Below, piece by piece: positions 40,092 to 51,014 of a stretch of 64,000 bases of DNA. Source of the DNA: an uncultured Clostridium sp. (GTDB lineage: Bacteria; Bacillota; Clostridia; TANB77; CAG-508). The notes beneath the pieces were generated by a model. The model made no database searches. It was not told the DNA's origin and saw nothing but the letters and a program-made list of their open reading frames with translations. The stretch spans positions 43,118 to 107,117 of the forward strand of contig CAYJKK010000003.1 in the NCBI GenBank assembly GCA_964370905.1, written 5' to 3'. Made by a program: the position numbers and the translations under genes. The number at the start of each line of letters is the position of its first letter. Position 1 is the stretch's first letter.

Positions 40092-41675
40092 CTATTCTAT
40101 CCCTAAGTATTCGTTATATGTTGATTCTTTATCTAATATACTCCCATCTAGTTTTATGTCAATTACTCTATTTGCTACAGTTTGACATAATTCATGATCA
40201 TGAGATGTAAATAAAATGTTTCCTTTGAATTTTTTCATACCTTCATTTACAGAAGTAATACTTTCCATATCTAAATGATTTGTTGGTTCTTCTAATATTA
40301 AAAAGTTTGCTCCTGATAACATCATTTTAGATAATACACATCTAACTTTCTCTCCTCCTGATAGGATATTAGCTTGTTTTAATGCCTCATCTCCTGAAAA
40401 TAGCATTCTTCCTAAAAAACTTCTTACATATGTTTCATCCGGTTCTTTTGAATATTTTCTTAGCCATTCAGTTACATTTTCATCTGTTTGGAATAAATAG
40501 TTATTATCTTTTGGAAAATATGTATTTGCAATAGTCGATCCCCAAACCAATTCACCATCATCTGGCTCTAACTCTCCTGCTATTATTTGAAATAATACTG
40601 TTCTTGCATTTTCATTATCTGCTAAAAATACTATTTTATTATCTGTTTTAACAGTAAAACTTACTTTATCTAAAACTTTGACCCCATCAACTATTTTAGA
40701 TATATTTTTTACTTGTAATATTTCTTTTCCTGGTTCTCTATCGGCTTTAAAATCTACATATGGATATTTTCTATTTGATGGTCTTATTTCTTCTAACTCT
40801 ATTTTTTCTAAAGTTTTCTTTCTAGACGTTGCTTGCTTTGATTTAGAAGCATTTGCACTAAATCTAGCAATAAAGTCTTGTAATTCCTTGATTTTTTCTT
40901 CTTTTTTCTTGTTTTGATCTTTTGCTTGTTTTAAAGCTAACTGACTTGATTCATACCAAAAATCATAGTTTCCTGGATAAACTGTAATTTTTCCAAAGTC
41001 TACATCTGCAATATGTGTACAAACTTTATTTAAGAAATATCTATCATGTGAAACTACTATTACTGTATTTTCAAAATTTATTAAAAATTCTTGTAACCAA
41101 CTTATACTTTTCATATCTAAGTTATTCGTAGGTTCGTCTAATAAAAGAACATCTGGGTTACCAAATAAAGCTTGAGCAAGTAATATTTTAACTTTTTCTT
41201 TAGCTTCTAACTCTTTCATAAATTTATAATGTTTTTCTGGAATTATTCCTAAATCATTTAATAAAATTGATGCATCTGATTCTGCATTCCATCCATCTAA
41301 TTCTGCAAATTTTTCTTCTAATTTAGCTGCTTTCATTCCATCTTCTTCAGAAAAATCTGGTTTTGCATAAATTTCGTCTTTTTTCTTCATAATTTCATAT
41401 AGTTCTTTATTTCCCATTATAACAGTATCCATTACTGTTAATTCTTCATATGCAAAGTGATCTTGTTTTAATACTGATAATCTTTCTCCTCTTTCAATAC
41501 TAACCTCACCTTTACTTGGTTCTAACTCTCCTGATAATACTTTTAGAAAAGTCGATTTTCCAGCTCCATTTGCACCAATAATTCCATAGCAATTTCCTTT
41601 TCCAAATCTTATATTTACATCTTCAAATAATACTCTTTTTCCGAATCTAACTGTAACGCCATTTGTATTTAGCAT
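40092..41675 (-). CDS. ABC-F family ATPase (two ABC cassettes, no TM domain)
   Basis: GANGAGKST ... LLLDEPTN, charged linker, second cassette with LSGGEKVR and LILEEPTNHLD. Confidence 0.9.
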   Translation of the reverse strand: MLNTNGVTVRFGKRVLFEDVNIRFGKGNCYGIIGANGAGKSTFLKVLSGELEPSKGEVSIERGERLSVLKQDHFAYEELTVMDTVIMGNKELYEIMKKKDEIYAKPDFSEEDGMKAAKLEEKFAELDGWNAESDASILLNDLGIIPEKHYKFMKELEAKEKVKILLAQALFGNPDVLLLDEPTNNLDMKSISWLQEFLINFENTVIVVSHDRYFLNKVCTHIADVDFGKITVYPGNYDFWYESSQLALKQAKDQNKKKEEKIKELQDFIARFSANASKSKQATSRKKTLEKIELEEIRPSNRKYPYVDFKADREPGKEILQVKNISKIVDGVKVLDKVSFTVKTDNKIVFLADNENARTVLFQIIAGELEPDDGELVWGSTIANTYFPKDNNYLFQTDENVTEWLRKYSKEPDETYVRSFLGRMLFSGDEALKQANILSGGEKVRCVLSKMMLSGANFLILEEPTNHLDMESITSVNEGMKKFKGNILFTSHDHELCQTVANRVIDIKLDGSILDKESTYNEYLGIE

Positions 41676-41859
41676 TCTTATTCCTCCTATCTTTTTATCT
41701 TAAACATTATACATTAATATCTTTATAATTTCAAGTATTTTCCTACGGGTTTAACGAATTACAGGATTTTATTTAAAATATAAAAAAGATTAAAGCTTAA
41801 TCTCTAATCTTCTTTCTAATTTTAGTTTTTCATATATGTTTTTGTTTAATTATCTTTAT

Positions 41860-42054
41860 CTAATCTTCTTTTGAAAAAAGTAATTTGAATCCCCATAAAC
41901 CTGAAAGACCTACTAAGCCATATACAATTCTAGAAGCTACTGTCATTGTACCAAATAATGTCTCCACTAAATCAAATTCAAAAAAACCAATTAATCCCCA
42001 ATTTATTGCACCAATTATAATTAATAATAAAGCTATTTTATCTATTATTTTCAT
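41860..42054 (-). CDS. DUF378-family small membrane protein
   Basis: IGAINWGLIGFFEFDLV motif, 64 aa. Confidence 0.75.
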   Translation of the reverse strand: MKIIDKIALLLIIIGAINWGLIGFFEFDLVETLFGTMTVASRIVYGLVGLSGLWGFKLLFSKED

Positions 42055-42179
42055 AATATCCTCCTATTTAACAATATTTACTATTATTATATTTAATAAT
42101 TATAAAAATATTCTTAAAATATATAAAAAGAAATAATTACCAAAATATTTTTTCATATTTTTAATAATTATTTCTTTAA

Positions 42180-43130
42180 TTAATTTAACATATTCTTTTT
42201 CTTTAACCATAATGTTACTAAAAATGTTAATACTACTGCAATTAATATCATAACAATAAAACCTATAGGACTATTTTGAAATGGTAGCAATACGTTCATT
42301 CCCCAAAAGCTTGATATCATTGTTGGAACAGCTAATACTATTGTTATAGATGTTAAAAATTTCATAACACCATTTAAGTTATTTGATATTATTGAAGCAT
42401 ATGCATCCATTGTTCCGTTTAGTATATCACTATATATCTGTGCCATTTCTATAGCTTGTCGATTTTCTGTTATTGCATCTTCTAATATCTCTTCATCTTC
42501 TTCATATAATTTAATTATTTTACCTCTCATAGTCTTTTCCATTACTATCTCATTTGATTTTAAAGATGTTCTAAAATATACTAATCCTTTATCAATACTT
42601 AAAAGCTTTAATAACTCTTTGTTTTTCATAGAGTTTTTTAATACATATTCTGCTATTTCTGTCTCTTTATTAAGTTGCTTTAAATAGTGCAGATAATATA
42701 CTGCATTTAAATATAATATTTGGAAAATAAATCTACTTTTTCGATATGTTGCAAAACTTTTAACTTTAGAATTTTCAAAATCACTTATTACTTTATTCTT
42801 TTTTAAAGAAACTGTTATAAAATATTCATCTCTAACAACTATTAAACCAAGTGGCATTGTTGTATAAATCTCTGTATCATCTTTTTTCTCTATTATAGGT
42901 ACATCTATTATAAATAAAGTTGTTCCATCTTCTTCTTCTTGATCTATCCTTGCTCTTTCTTCATAATCAAGTGCGTCTCGTATGAACTGTTCTCCTATAT
43001 TTATATTTTCACAAACTTTTACTATCTCTGCCTCTGTTGGATTTACTAAATTTATCCAACACCCTTTTGAAAATTCTTTAACTTCTTCAAATTGATTAGT
43101 TTCTATATTTGTATTATATACTTTAAACAT
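42180..43130 (-). CDS. corA: CorA-family magnesium/cobalt transporter
   Basis: 316 aa. C-terminal two TM helices with FWGMNV (GMN motif). Confidence 0.85.
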   Translation of the reverse strand: MFKVYNTNIETNQFEEVKEFSKGCWINLVNPTEAEIVKVCENINIGEQFIRDALDYEERARIDQEEEDGTTLFIIDVPIIEKKDDTEIYTTMPLGLIVVRDEYFITVSLKKNKVISDFENSKVKSFATYRKSRFIFQILYLNAVYYLHYLKQLNKETEIAEYVLKNSMKNKELLKLLSIDKGLVYFRTSLKSNEIVMEKTMRGKIIKLYEEDEEILEDAITENRQAIEMAQIYSDILNGTMDAYASIISNNLNGVMKFLTSITIVLAVPTMISSFWGMNVLLPFQNSPIGFIVMILIAVVLTFLVTLWLKKKNMLN

Positions 43131-43245
43131 ATTTCCCCCTCCTTATTTTACAACTATTTTTATTATATTCGTATTTAGTGTTAATGTCAAATAATGCATC
43201 TAGCTTTACTCTAGATGCATTATTATATATTTATTTTAATTTAAA

Positions 43246-45177
43246 TTAATCTATTATATTTTCATCTTCTGCTCCTATTATACTATCTTGATTATCTGGT
43301 ATAGATTCTGATACTGGTTGCTCTTCTACTTTTGGAACTTCTTGCTGCTCCACTGCTGCTGTTCCTTTTACAACTATTCTTGTCATAGGTGTATATGTAT
43401 CCTTAGATAAAAATTTAGTTTCTACCACTTTACCATCTAAACTTTTAGTCATATATGTTTCTGTAATTAATCCATTTGCACCTGCTTGTTTAACTTTTTC
43501 AGTTCCTACAGGCATAGTTGAATCTTCTTCATATATCGTTGTATATGGCAATACTGATATAGTTTTTGTAGAAAAACTATATGTATATAACTCTTCATTA
43601 ATTCCCATTATTTCTACTTTTGAAACTCCACTAATAGTACTTGATATTATTTTTATTGGATATTCTCTTGTATTTTTAAATTGAAAATCAATTGCCCCAT
43701 ATACTACAGTTGCATCTCTTCCAGCTGATGCATATGATGTTACAAATTGATGATTTTTCCTTTCTATTATTTCTAAATCTGCCATCAATACTGCATTATA
43801 TAATGTAGTAGAAATTTGACATATTCCTCCACCTAATCCATCAATAACTTCTCCTGCTGAATATATTTTAGCACTCTTATATCCTGCTGCAACTGTTCTT
43901 TGCCCTAATGCTTGGTTATATGAAAAAGTTTCACCTGGTAATAATACTATTCCATTTATTGAATTTGATGCTAACTCTAAGTTTGTTGTTCTATTATAAT
44001 CACTTGGGTCATATCTTGTTGTAAATACTGATATTTGTTCTGGAAATGCTTCTGCACCGAGCTCCGCTATTGTTATCTCTGGCTCTGTTATTATTAATGG
44101 AATTTTATATGGTGATGTACTTGTATTTACTATATTTTTAGCTAATTCTACATCGAAATCAACTCCACTTACTTCTGTATATATTGCAAAAGGTTCTTCA
44201 ACAAAATATGCATCTTTTACTTCTTTATATATCTCTCCATGAATTTTATCTATATCTATTTCGTCTGGTTGTTTTACAATAGTTGGTATATCTATTTGTT
44301 TTTCTTTTATGTTTAAGTCATTAAATATTCCTTTAATTGTTTCTAAAAAAGTATCTATATCCACATAGATTCCTTCTGTTCCTTCTGTTATAACTAATTC
44401 TTGTGCTTCTATAACATAACTTGCCTCTACAACTATTCCTGGCAAATTTGAACCAATATCTTTGATTAAATTAGTTGCAACTTCTTCATTTAATGTCATA
44501 TCTACAGTAATATCTTTTCCAAATATCATTAAACTTAAAATTTCAAAATTACTCATAAATATATTTTCATTTTTTCCTATTAAATACGCCTCATCTACAG
44601 CTTCTTCTATTTTGTAATCTACTTCTATAATTGTTGGATTGATATTACTTATATATTCTCCATATTTTAATATTATTTCATTTTGTTTTTTTTCATTATA
44701 TATATCTTCTAACGCAAGTATTGCCTCTTCTTTTGATAATCCAGATACATCTAATCCTGAAATTGTTATATTTTCATCAATTTTATAATTGTTTACATTT
44801 AATAATGCAAAAATTGTTGAAAATATTAAAGCAAGAAGGATAAATATACAAAGAAAAACAACTATTATCTTTTTTCTTTTCCTTTTTTTAGCAATATTAA
44901 AAGCATCTTTGTATTTTTGTTCTTCTCTCATCTCAACTTTTTTATATTTCTCTTCTTCCGCTTTTTTCATTAACGCTTCTTCTTTTGCCATTTCTTCTTC
45001 TAAGAAATTATTTGAACCTTCTGTTTTTTCATTTTCTTCTTCTTTTTCTTTTTCTTTTTTTTCAATCTTTTCTTTGATATTACTTTCGTTTTGTTCTTTA
45101 TTATCTTCTAACTTTTTACTCTTTTCTTCTTTATTTTCTTGTTCTACTTCTACTACATCTTCTTCTTTATTTTCCAT
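43246..45177 (-). CDS. VanW-family protein with Lys/Glu-rich N-terminus and C-terminal G5-like domain
   Basis: TM anchor. VanW core FSYNQALGQRT..GY..A...GGGICQISTTLYNA. C-terminal ...VGTEKVKQAGANGLITETY... Confidence 0.8.
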   Translation of the reverse strand: MENKEEDVVEVEQENKEEKSKKLEDNKEQNESNIKEKIEKKEKEKEEENEKTEGSNNFLEEEMAKEEALMKKAEEEKYKKVEMREEQKYKDAFNIAKKRKRKKIIVVFLCIFILLALIFSTIFALLNVNNYKIDENITISGLDVSGLSKEEAILALEDIYNEKKQNEIILKYGEYISNINPTIIEVDYKIEEAVDEAYLIGKNENIFMSNFEILSLMIFGKDITVDMTLNEEVATNLIKDIGSNLPGIVVEASYVIEAQELVITEGTEGIYVDIDTFLETIKGIFNDLNIKEKQIDIPTIVKQPDEIDIDKIHGEIYKEVKDAYFVEEPFAIYTEVSGVDFDVELAKNIVNTSTSPYKIPLIITEPEITIAELGAEAFPEQISVFTTRYDPSDYNRTTNLELASNSINGIVLLPGETFSYNQALGQRTVAAGYKSAKIYSAGEVIDGLGGGICQISTTLYNAVLMADLEIIERKNHQFVTSYASAGRDATVVYGAIDFQFKNTREYPIKIISSTISGVSKVEIMGINEELYTYSFSTKTISVLPYTTIYEEDSTMPVGTEKVKQAGANGLITETYMTKSLDGKVVETKFLSKDTYTPMTRIVVKGTAAVEQQEVPKVEEQPVSESIPDNQDSIIGAEDENIID

Positions 45178-45444
45178 TTATATCCCCTCTTTTTTAACTT
45201 TTAATAATAATATCATAATATCTTTTTTCTTTCAAGAATATTTTGTATAGTTTTGCATGCTTGATATATAATTTTGTATATTTTCTACATTTTATTTTAA
45301 ATATTTATTTTTTATTTATTCATTTTTTTGTAAAAAATAAATTTTTTTTAGTTTTTTTATATTTTTTTGAAAAAACTACTTGAACAATGTAAAATTTAAT
45401 ATTATAATATGAATAGCAAAAGATAAATAAGGAGATAAATTCTA

Positions 45445-45915
45445 ATGGAATTAACAAAAAATATATTTTTTAATACGGATAAATTAATTGAAAATAATAA
45501 AGTGAAAATTTCTTATACAGGAAAACTTTTCCAAGACAATGAAAGAAATGTTTCTATTCATTATGGTTTTGGTGAAAATTGGGATAATTTAAATAATATT
45601 CCTATGGAAAGAACAGAATTAGGATATCAAGCTGAAGTACTTTTAATTAGTGCTGATACTTTTAATTTTTGTTTTAACACAAACCAAAATGTATGGGATA
45701 ATAATGAAGGAAAAAATTATGTTTTTCCTATAGAAAAACTTGAAACAAGTCTTATGGTTATTGATGATGAACCAATTTCTTTAGCTGTTTCTAAAAACTT
45801 AAAGAAATCTTATATCTGGAGTAAAAAAATCAAGTTAGCAGTGTATAAAATTATTTCATATATACCTAAATTAATTTCTGGAAATTATAAGAAAAAAGCA
45901 ACAGATATAGTATAA
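45445..45915 (+). CDS. hypothetical protein with CBM25/53-like (starch-binding-type) beta-sandwich signature
   Basis: VSIHYGFGENWDN...FCFNTNQNVWDNNEGKNYVFPI resembles CBM53-type repeats. Assignment is tentative. Confidence 0.5.
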   Translation: MELTKNIFFNTDKLIENNKVKISYTGKLFQDNERNVSIHYGFGENWDNLNNIPMERTELGYQAEVLLISADTFNFCFNTNQNVWDNNEGKNYVFPIEKLETSLMVIDDEPISLAVSKNLKKSYIWSKKIKLAVYKIISYIPKLISGNYKKKATDIV

Positions 45916-46002
45916 TTTGCTACAAAATTCAATATAAACAATATAAAACAAAAATAAAAATGATATGATGTATTTTAATACAATTTCATATCATTTTTAT
46001 TT

Positions 46003-46734
46003 TTATGTTATACTCCAACCACCGTTAATAGATATAATTTGACCTGTTGTATATGTATCTTCTACTAACCAATTAACACATTTAGCAATTTCCTCTACAT
46101 CTCCTATTTTTCCTAATGGTATTTCTTCTAATATCATTTCTTTTTCATTTTCTTTTATATTTTCATTCATTTTCGTATTTATAATTCCTGGCGCTATCGC
46201 ATTAACACGTATATTTGACGGACCTAACTCTTTTGCTAATGCTTTCGTCATACCGTTCATTCCAGCTTTTGAAATTGAATATATAACTTCCATACTACTT
46301 CCTACATTTCCCCATATAGATGAAATATTTATTATAGTTCCTTCTTTTTGATTTACCATAATTTTAGAAACTTCTTGTGATATTACAAATGCAGAATATA
46401 AATTAGTATTAATTATTCTATCCCAATCTTCTCTTGTTTCATTACAAAACATTTTATATTCAGAAATTCCAGCATTATTAACTAATACATCTATTCTCCC
46501 ATATTTTTCATATATATTTTGTATCACTTTTTTAACATTTTCACTCTTGGTTACATCTAATTCAATAATATCTAAATATATATCTTTCTTTTTCAAATCA
46601 TTTTTTAGCTTTTCTGCTTCTATTTTTGATTTATTGTATGTTGCTATAACTTTATATTTATTTTTAGCTAATTTTTCTGATATTGCTCTTCCAATACCAA
46701 CAGAGCCACCTGTTATAACTGCTATTTTTTGCAT
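46003..46734 (-). CDS. SDR-family oxidoreductase (FabG-like)
   Basis: TGGSVGIGRA, NNAG, YSISKAG (YxxxK). Confidence 0.85.
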   Translation of the reverse strand: MQKIAVITGGSVGIGRAISEKLAKNKYKVIATYNKSKIEAEKLKNDLKKKDIYLDIIELDVTKSENVKKVIQNIYEKYGRIDVLVNNAGISEYKMFCNETREDWDRIINTNLYSAFVISQEVSKIMVNQKEGTIINISSIWGNVGSSMEVIYSISKAGMNGMTKALAKELGPSNIRVNAIAPGIINTKMNENIKENEKEMILEEIPLGKIGDVEEIAKCVNWLVEDTYTTGQIISINGGWSIT

Positions 46735-46814
46735 TTTATCACACTCCTAATAAGTATTATATACCATAAAAAAAGCCATTAATCAAGAGATTCCTCAAAA
46801 CTAATAACCTTAAA

Positions 46815-46891
46815 TGGAGCCACTTATCCGATTCGAACGGATGACCCTCGCATTACAAGTGCGATGCTCTGGCCAACTGAGCTAAAGTGGC
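46815..46891 (-). tRNA. tRNA-Thr (anticodon UGU)
   Basis: Hand fold: GCCACTT/AAGTGGC acceptor, loop CTTGTAA, TTCGAAT T-loop, CCA. Confidence 0.9.
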
Positions 46892-46903
46892 AAAATATAA
46901 AAT

Positions 46904-46978
46904 TGGTGACCCGTACGGGAATCGAACCCATGACTCCGCCGTGAAAGGGCGGTGTCTTAACCGCTTGACCAACGGGCC
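46904..46978 (-). tRNA. tRNA-Glu (anticodon UUC)
   Basis: GGCCCGT/ACGGGTC acceptor, loop CTTTCAC, 4-nt variable loop, CCA. Close to the Bacillus-type tRNA-Glu sequence. Confidence 0.9.
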
Positions 46979-47016
46979 GTATATAAAGAATTAAATAGAC
47001 AAATATTTAATTCTTA

Positions 47017-47092
47017 TGGTGAGCTATCCGCGATTCGAACGCGGGACAACTTGATTAAAAGTCAAGTGCTCTACCAACTGAGCTAATAGCCC
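47017..47092 (-). tRNA. tRNA-Lys (anticodon UUU)
   Basis: GGGCTAT/ATAGCTC acceptor, loop CTTTTAA, TTCGAAT T-loop, CCA. Confidence 0.9.
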
Positions 47093-47188
47093 TCATGTGC
47101 GTCTCACATAACGCTTTTATATATTACAACATTTTTTTACTATTGTCAATACTTTTTTTGATTTTTTTTGATTTTTTTAATTTTTTTA

Positions 47189-47374
47189 TTATGCATTAAG
47201 TTTTTCTAATAATTCTTCTACATTTACACCATGAACTTCACATGCTTCTTCTATCGTTTCCATTTGTGAAGCTGGGCATCCTAGACAATGCATCCCTATA
47301 CTTAAAAGTATCTCTGCTTTTTCTGGAGCATTCGTTAATATCATCCCTATTGTAGTATCTTTTTTAAATTCCAT
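47189..47374 (-). CDS. DUF1858-family small redox/disulfide protein
   Basis: 61 aa. TIGMIL...GMHCLGCPASQMETIEEAC..HG. Confidence 0.7.
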   Translation of the reverse strand: MEFKKDTTIGMILTNAPEKAEILLSIGMHCLGCPASQMETIEEACEVHGVNVEELLEKLNA

Positions 47375-47487
47375 TGTTTTTCTCCTTTCCTATAGATTGT
47401 TTTAAATTTTATCACATTTTTTTATAAAAGTATAGACAAATAAAAAAAAATATTGTAATATGGAAAAATCTGGAAGGTGGTGATTAC

Positions 47488-47634
47488 ATTATAAATACAT
47501 TAGATTATTTTTTTATATCATATTTTATTTTTTCTCTTATAACTTTTTATACTCTTTATACATATTTCGAATTATTTCTATTTCATTCTAAACAAGGTTC
47601 AAAATTGCAGTTAAAAAAACAAAACACTACTTAA
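47488..47634 (+). CDS. possible 48-aa membrane peptide with non-AUG (ATT/ATA) start
   Basis: AAGGTGGTGA SD, a 4-nt spacer, then ATT ATA AAT... The frame is open to TAA 47632-47634, which sits immediately before the SD of the coupling-protein gene. Confidence 0.3.
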   Translation: MINTLDYFFISYFIFSLITFYTLYTYFELFLFHSKQGSKLQLKKQNTT

Positions 47635-47650
47635 TTTAGAAAGGAGTCTT

Positions 47651-49375
47651 ATTATTTTAAAATATAAAATTATATTTGTTTTATCATTTCTTATACTTTT
47701 ATCTATCATTAACATTAATTATTTTATACCTATTTATACTTCTAGTGAGGTTATTATTAAATATGGTATACATCCATTTAACATTTGTCAAACGCATCCT
47801 GATTTATGGAATTTCATTAAATATTCATATATTTTCACTTTTTTATTTGCTTCTGTAATTATTTCCAATTTTATTTTTTCTAAAATTTTAAATCCATTAT
47901 ACAATAATCTTATTAATATTTTTTCTATTTTTAAATCTAAATATATTTCAAAAAAAACAAATCAATTATTTACTTCTACTGATAAATTAAAATTACTAAT
48001 AGGATTTGATCCTTTATTAAAAGAGAACGTATACCTTCCTGAGTCTGGATTATATCAAAACATATTAATTACAGGTACAATTGGAACAGGAAAAACTTCT
48101 AGTGCGATGTATCCTTTTACTAAACAGTTTTTAGAACACAATTCTTTAAACCCTGATCACAAAATACCTTTATTAATACTAGATGTGAAAGGCAACTATT
48201 ATTCACAAGTTCTCGACTATTGTAAAGATTTTAATCTTGAAGATGATTTAATTGTAATTGATGTAAATTTTAGTACTTTTTATAATCCGTTAAATAAACC
48301 TGATCTCAAACCTCAAGTATTGGCAAATAGGTTGAAAACTGTTTTATTACTTTTTTCTGAAAATAATAGTGAATCTTTTTGGTTAGATAAAGTAGAAGAA
48401 ATACTTTCTGAATCTATAAAAATTTGTAGATTGTACAATAAAAATTATGTAACTTTTTTAGAACTTCATAAATTAATAACAATTCCAACTTATCTAGATG
48501 AGAAAATATTAGTTCTTAAAGATCTTTATTTGAAATCAAAGTTTTCAAAAGAACAATTATATGATTTAAACAGTAGTATTGACTTTTTCAAAAAAGAATT
48601 TATTAATCTAGATTCTAGAACTAAAAATATATTAATTTCTGAAGTTACTCGTATTACTAATTTATTTGTATCTGATTATTCAATCTCTAATATTTTTTCA
48701 TCTCCCAAAGAAAAACTAACTTTCCATGGTTTTGAAGATGTTATTGCAAACGGTAAAATTGTTGTTTTAAATATGAATATTTCTGAATATACTTCACTTG
48801 CTAAAATAATTGCAACCTATTTAAAATTAGACTTTCAATCTGAAATTTTAAAAACATTATCAAAAAATAATATTAAAACTAGTGCTTTTATTTGTGATGA
48901 ATATGATAAATTCGCAAGCAAAACTGATTCAGAATTTTTTTCATTAAGTAGAGAAGCAAAATGTATTAATATTATTAGCACACAGAGTTATTCTTCTTTA
49001 AAAACAACAATTAAAGATGATGCTAATGTAAAAGTAATTTTGCAAAATTTAGTTAATAAAATTTGGTATAGGACAGATGATATCTATACAATAGAAGAAG
49101 CTCAAAAACAATTAGGAAAAACTGATAAAGAAAAAATCTCCAATACAATTTCGGAAAGTGCTAAAGAAACACATTATAGTTATATTTCTAATACTTTAAA
49201 CTCTGATAACTCTAGCATTTCTGAAACATATAGTACATATACTCAAAATGATTATATATATGATACAAACTTTTTTACTCAAGAATTAGAAACCTTTTAT
49301 GCTCTTACCTTTTTATCTACAGGTAAAAAAATTTTATCCCCTAAAAAACTTAAACTCTTTCCATATTTTGAATAA
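47651..49375 (+). CDS. type IV coupling protein (TcpA/VirD4/TraG-like ATPase); start codon non-canonical or lost
   Basis: The frame is open from 47615. It encodes two TM helices and Walker A LITGTIGTGKTSSAM upstream of the ORF-track Met (48107), and Walker B FICDEYDKF. The only SD-linked start is ATT 47651/47654, 4 nt after AAAGGAG. No in-frame ATG/GTG/TTG before 48107. Confidence 0.7.
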   Translation: MILKYKIIFVLSFLILLSIININYFIPIYTSSEVIIKYGIHPFNICQTHPDLWNFIKYSYIFTFLFASVIISNFIFSKILNPLYNNLINIFSIFKSKYISKKTNQLFTSTDKLKLLIGFDPLLKENVYLPESGLYQNILITGTIGTGKTSSAMYPFTKQFLEHNSLNPDHKIPLLILDVKGNYYSQVLDYCKDFNLEDDLIVIDVNFSTFYNPLNKPDLKPQVLANRLKTVLLLFSENNSESFWLDKVEEILSESIKICRLYNKNYVTFLELHKLITIPTYLDEKILVLKDLYLKSKFSKEQLYDLNSSIDFFKKEFINLDSRTKNILISEVTRITNLFVSDYSISNIFSSPKEKLTFHGFEDVIANGKIVVLNMNISEYTSLAKIIATYLKLDFQSEILKTLSKNNIKTSAFICDEYDKFASKTDSEFFSLSREAKCINIISTQSYSSLKTTIKDDANVKVILQNLVNKIWYRTDDIYTIEEAQKQLGKTDKEKISNTISESAKETHYSYISNTLNSDNSSISETYSTYTQNDYIYDTNFFTQELETFYALTFLSTGKKILSPKKLKLFPYFE

Positions 49376-49422
49376 TCCCTAAAACTTTTAACTTATATAC
49401 TTTTAGAAAGGATGATTTATAT

Positions 49423-49752
49423 ATGAAAATAAAAAAAATACTTAGATTATTTATATTCTTCACTTTATTTACTTTACTTCTTAGAACTACAAGTCTATGT
49501 GCTTGGGGCGATCCTGAAATCATAAACAAAATCAATTCAGCTTTTAAAGATATTCAAGGCTGGATATTAACTATTGCAACTCCAGCAGCTGCCGTTGCTG
49601 TTGGGACTGGTGTTTTTATGAGAAAGTTTAGTTTTGGCGATGAAGAAAAAATTCGAACAGGTAAAAAATTAATTAATGGCTCCCTTTTTTCTTATGCATT
49701 TATTTTAGCCATTGATTTAATTTTATCTGCAATTAATTCTTTAATCAGTTAG
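49423..49752 (+). CDS. VirB2/TrbC-like small membrane protein (signal peptide plus two hydrophobic helices)
   Basis: 109 aa. The topology and its position after the coupling protein are typical of Firmicutes conjugation modules. Confidence 0.55.
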   Translation: MKIKKILRLFIFFTLFTLLLRTTSLCAWGDPEIINKINSAFKDIQGWILTIATPAAAVAVGTGVFMRKFSFGDEEKIRTGKKLINGSLFSYAFILAIDLILSAINSLIS

Positions 49753-49760
49753 GAGGTATC

Positions 49761-50639
49761 TTGGAAACGTCAAATGACATGGTTCAAACAATTATAACAA
49801 CAATTAATTCTATATTACAAAATTTATTTAGTTCTATAGATAACAACTTGTACTCTATTTTAGATACAATTACTTTCATAGATACTTCTATATTAAATGA
49901 CTCTTTTATTTCTAAATTAATTGGAGGTTCAGCTTCTGAAGGACTTCTTTTAATCTCAAATTCTCTTTTACTTGGTTTTTTACTATATTTTGCTATTCGA
50001 CTATTACTTTCTCATATAATTTACTCAGAGTTAGAAAAACCTACTCATTTCATTTTTAAATTAGTCTTGTGTGGTTTATTTATGAATTTTTCATTTTTTA
50101 TATTGGAATTTGTAGTTAATATTTTTGATTATTTGACAGAATCAATATTCTATATTGGAAAGTATTTTTTATCTACAGAAATATCTTTTTCGAATTTAAT
50201 TCTTGAAATAAATTCAAACATTAATGTTGATAATAGTACTCTTAATGTGTTTTCTCTTGATGGTATTTTAAAAAGTACTATTTCTGTTTCATTAATAAAT
50301 TTGATTTTTTCTAATTCAGTCAGATATATTTTAATTAAAGTTTTTATACTTCTTTCTCCATTTGCTTTTTTGTCTTTAACTTTAACTAGTAGTAATTGGT
50401 TTTTTAAATCTTGGGCTAAAAACTTATTTTCACTTCTATTTACTCAAATTCTTTTTGCTCTTATCCTATTAATTATTTTTTCTATAACATATGATTCCAC
50501 AAATTTATTTTCGCAAATCATTTATATTGGTGGAATATACTCTCTAATTAAAATAAATTCTGTAATTAGAGACTTTATAGGTGGATTATCCACAGATATT
50601 TCACAATCTGTTAATAGATTCCAAAATTCAAAACTTTAA
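49761..50639 (+). CDS. VirB6/TrbL-like polytopic membrane protein
   Basis: 292 aa with at least 6 TM helices. TTG start after AGGAGG. Confidence 0.6.
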   Translation: METSNDMVQTIITTINSILQNLFSSIDNNLYSILDTITFIDTSILNDSFISKLIGGSASEGLLLISNSLLLGFLLYFAIRLLLSHIIYSELEKPTHFIFKLVLCGLFMNFSFFILEFVVNIFDYLTESIFYIGKYFLSTEISFSNLILEINSNINVDNSTLNVFSLDGILKSTISVSLINLIFSNSVRYILIKVFILLSPFAFLSLTLTSSNWFFKSWAKNLFSLLFTQILFALILLIIFSITYDSTNLFSQIIYIGGIYSLIKINSVIRDFIGGLSTDISQSVNRFQNSKL

Positions 50640-50648
50640 GGAGGTTTT

Positions 50649-50936
50649 ATGTTTTTTATATTTCCTAAAAACTATTTCTTTAAACAAAAACTTTTTGGTA
50701 TATTTGATTATTCTACAATAATATTAAACATTACTATATATGCACTTTGTTTAGTTGTATTATATTTAATACCTTTTACTGTCTCTATTAAAATTTTTAT
50801 TTTTATCATTATCTGTTTTCCTATTACTCTAATTAGTATTTTTGGAATTAATGGTGAAAATTTACTCTATATATTTAAATATATTTTTTCTTTCTTATTA
50901 AAACCCAAAGTATATCTATATAGAAAAATATTATAA
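50649..50936 (+). CDS. PrgI/VirB3-like small membrane protein
   Basis: 95 aa, two TM helices. In Gram-positive T4SS loci this gene normally sits immediately upstream of the VirB4 ATPase. Confidence 0.55.
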   Translation: MFFIFPKNYFFKQKLFGIFDYSTIILNITIYALCLVVLYLIPFTVSIKIFIFIIICFPITLISIFGINGENLLYIFKYIFSFLLKPKVYLYRKIL

Positions 50937-51014
50937 AATTCTTTTTAGTTATTGAATTTTTTGTCTAAAGAAGTTATAATCTATTTTATCAAATACGAAG
51001 TAGGGAGAGTTATA

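Noticed and set aside
43131-43245. Mg-sensing (M-box) riboswitch upstream of corA
   Set aside because: The leader is only about 115 nt. Most of it is taken up by the hairpin AATGCATCTAG/CTAGATGCATT, which looks like the terminator of the upstream vanW-family gene. That leaves too little room for an M-box.
47676-47858. 60-aa ORF upstream of the coupling-protein Met
   Set aside because: It is out of frame with, and fully inside, the open frame that encodes the TM helices and Walker A of the coupling protein.
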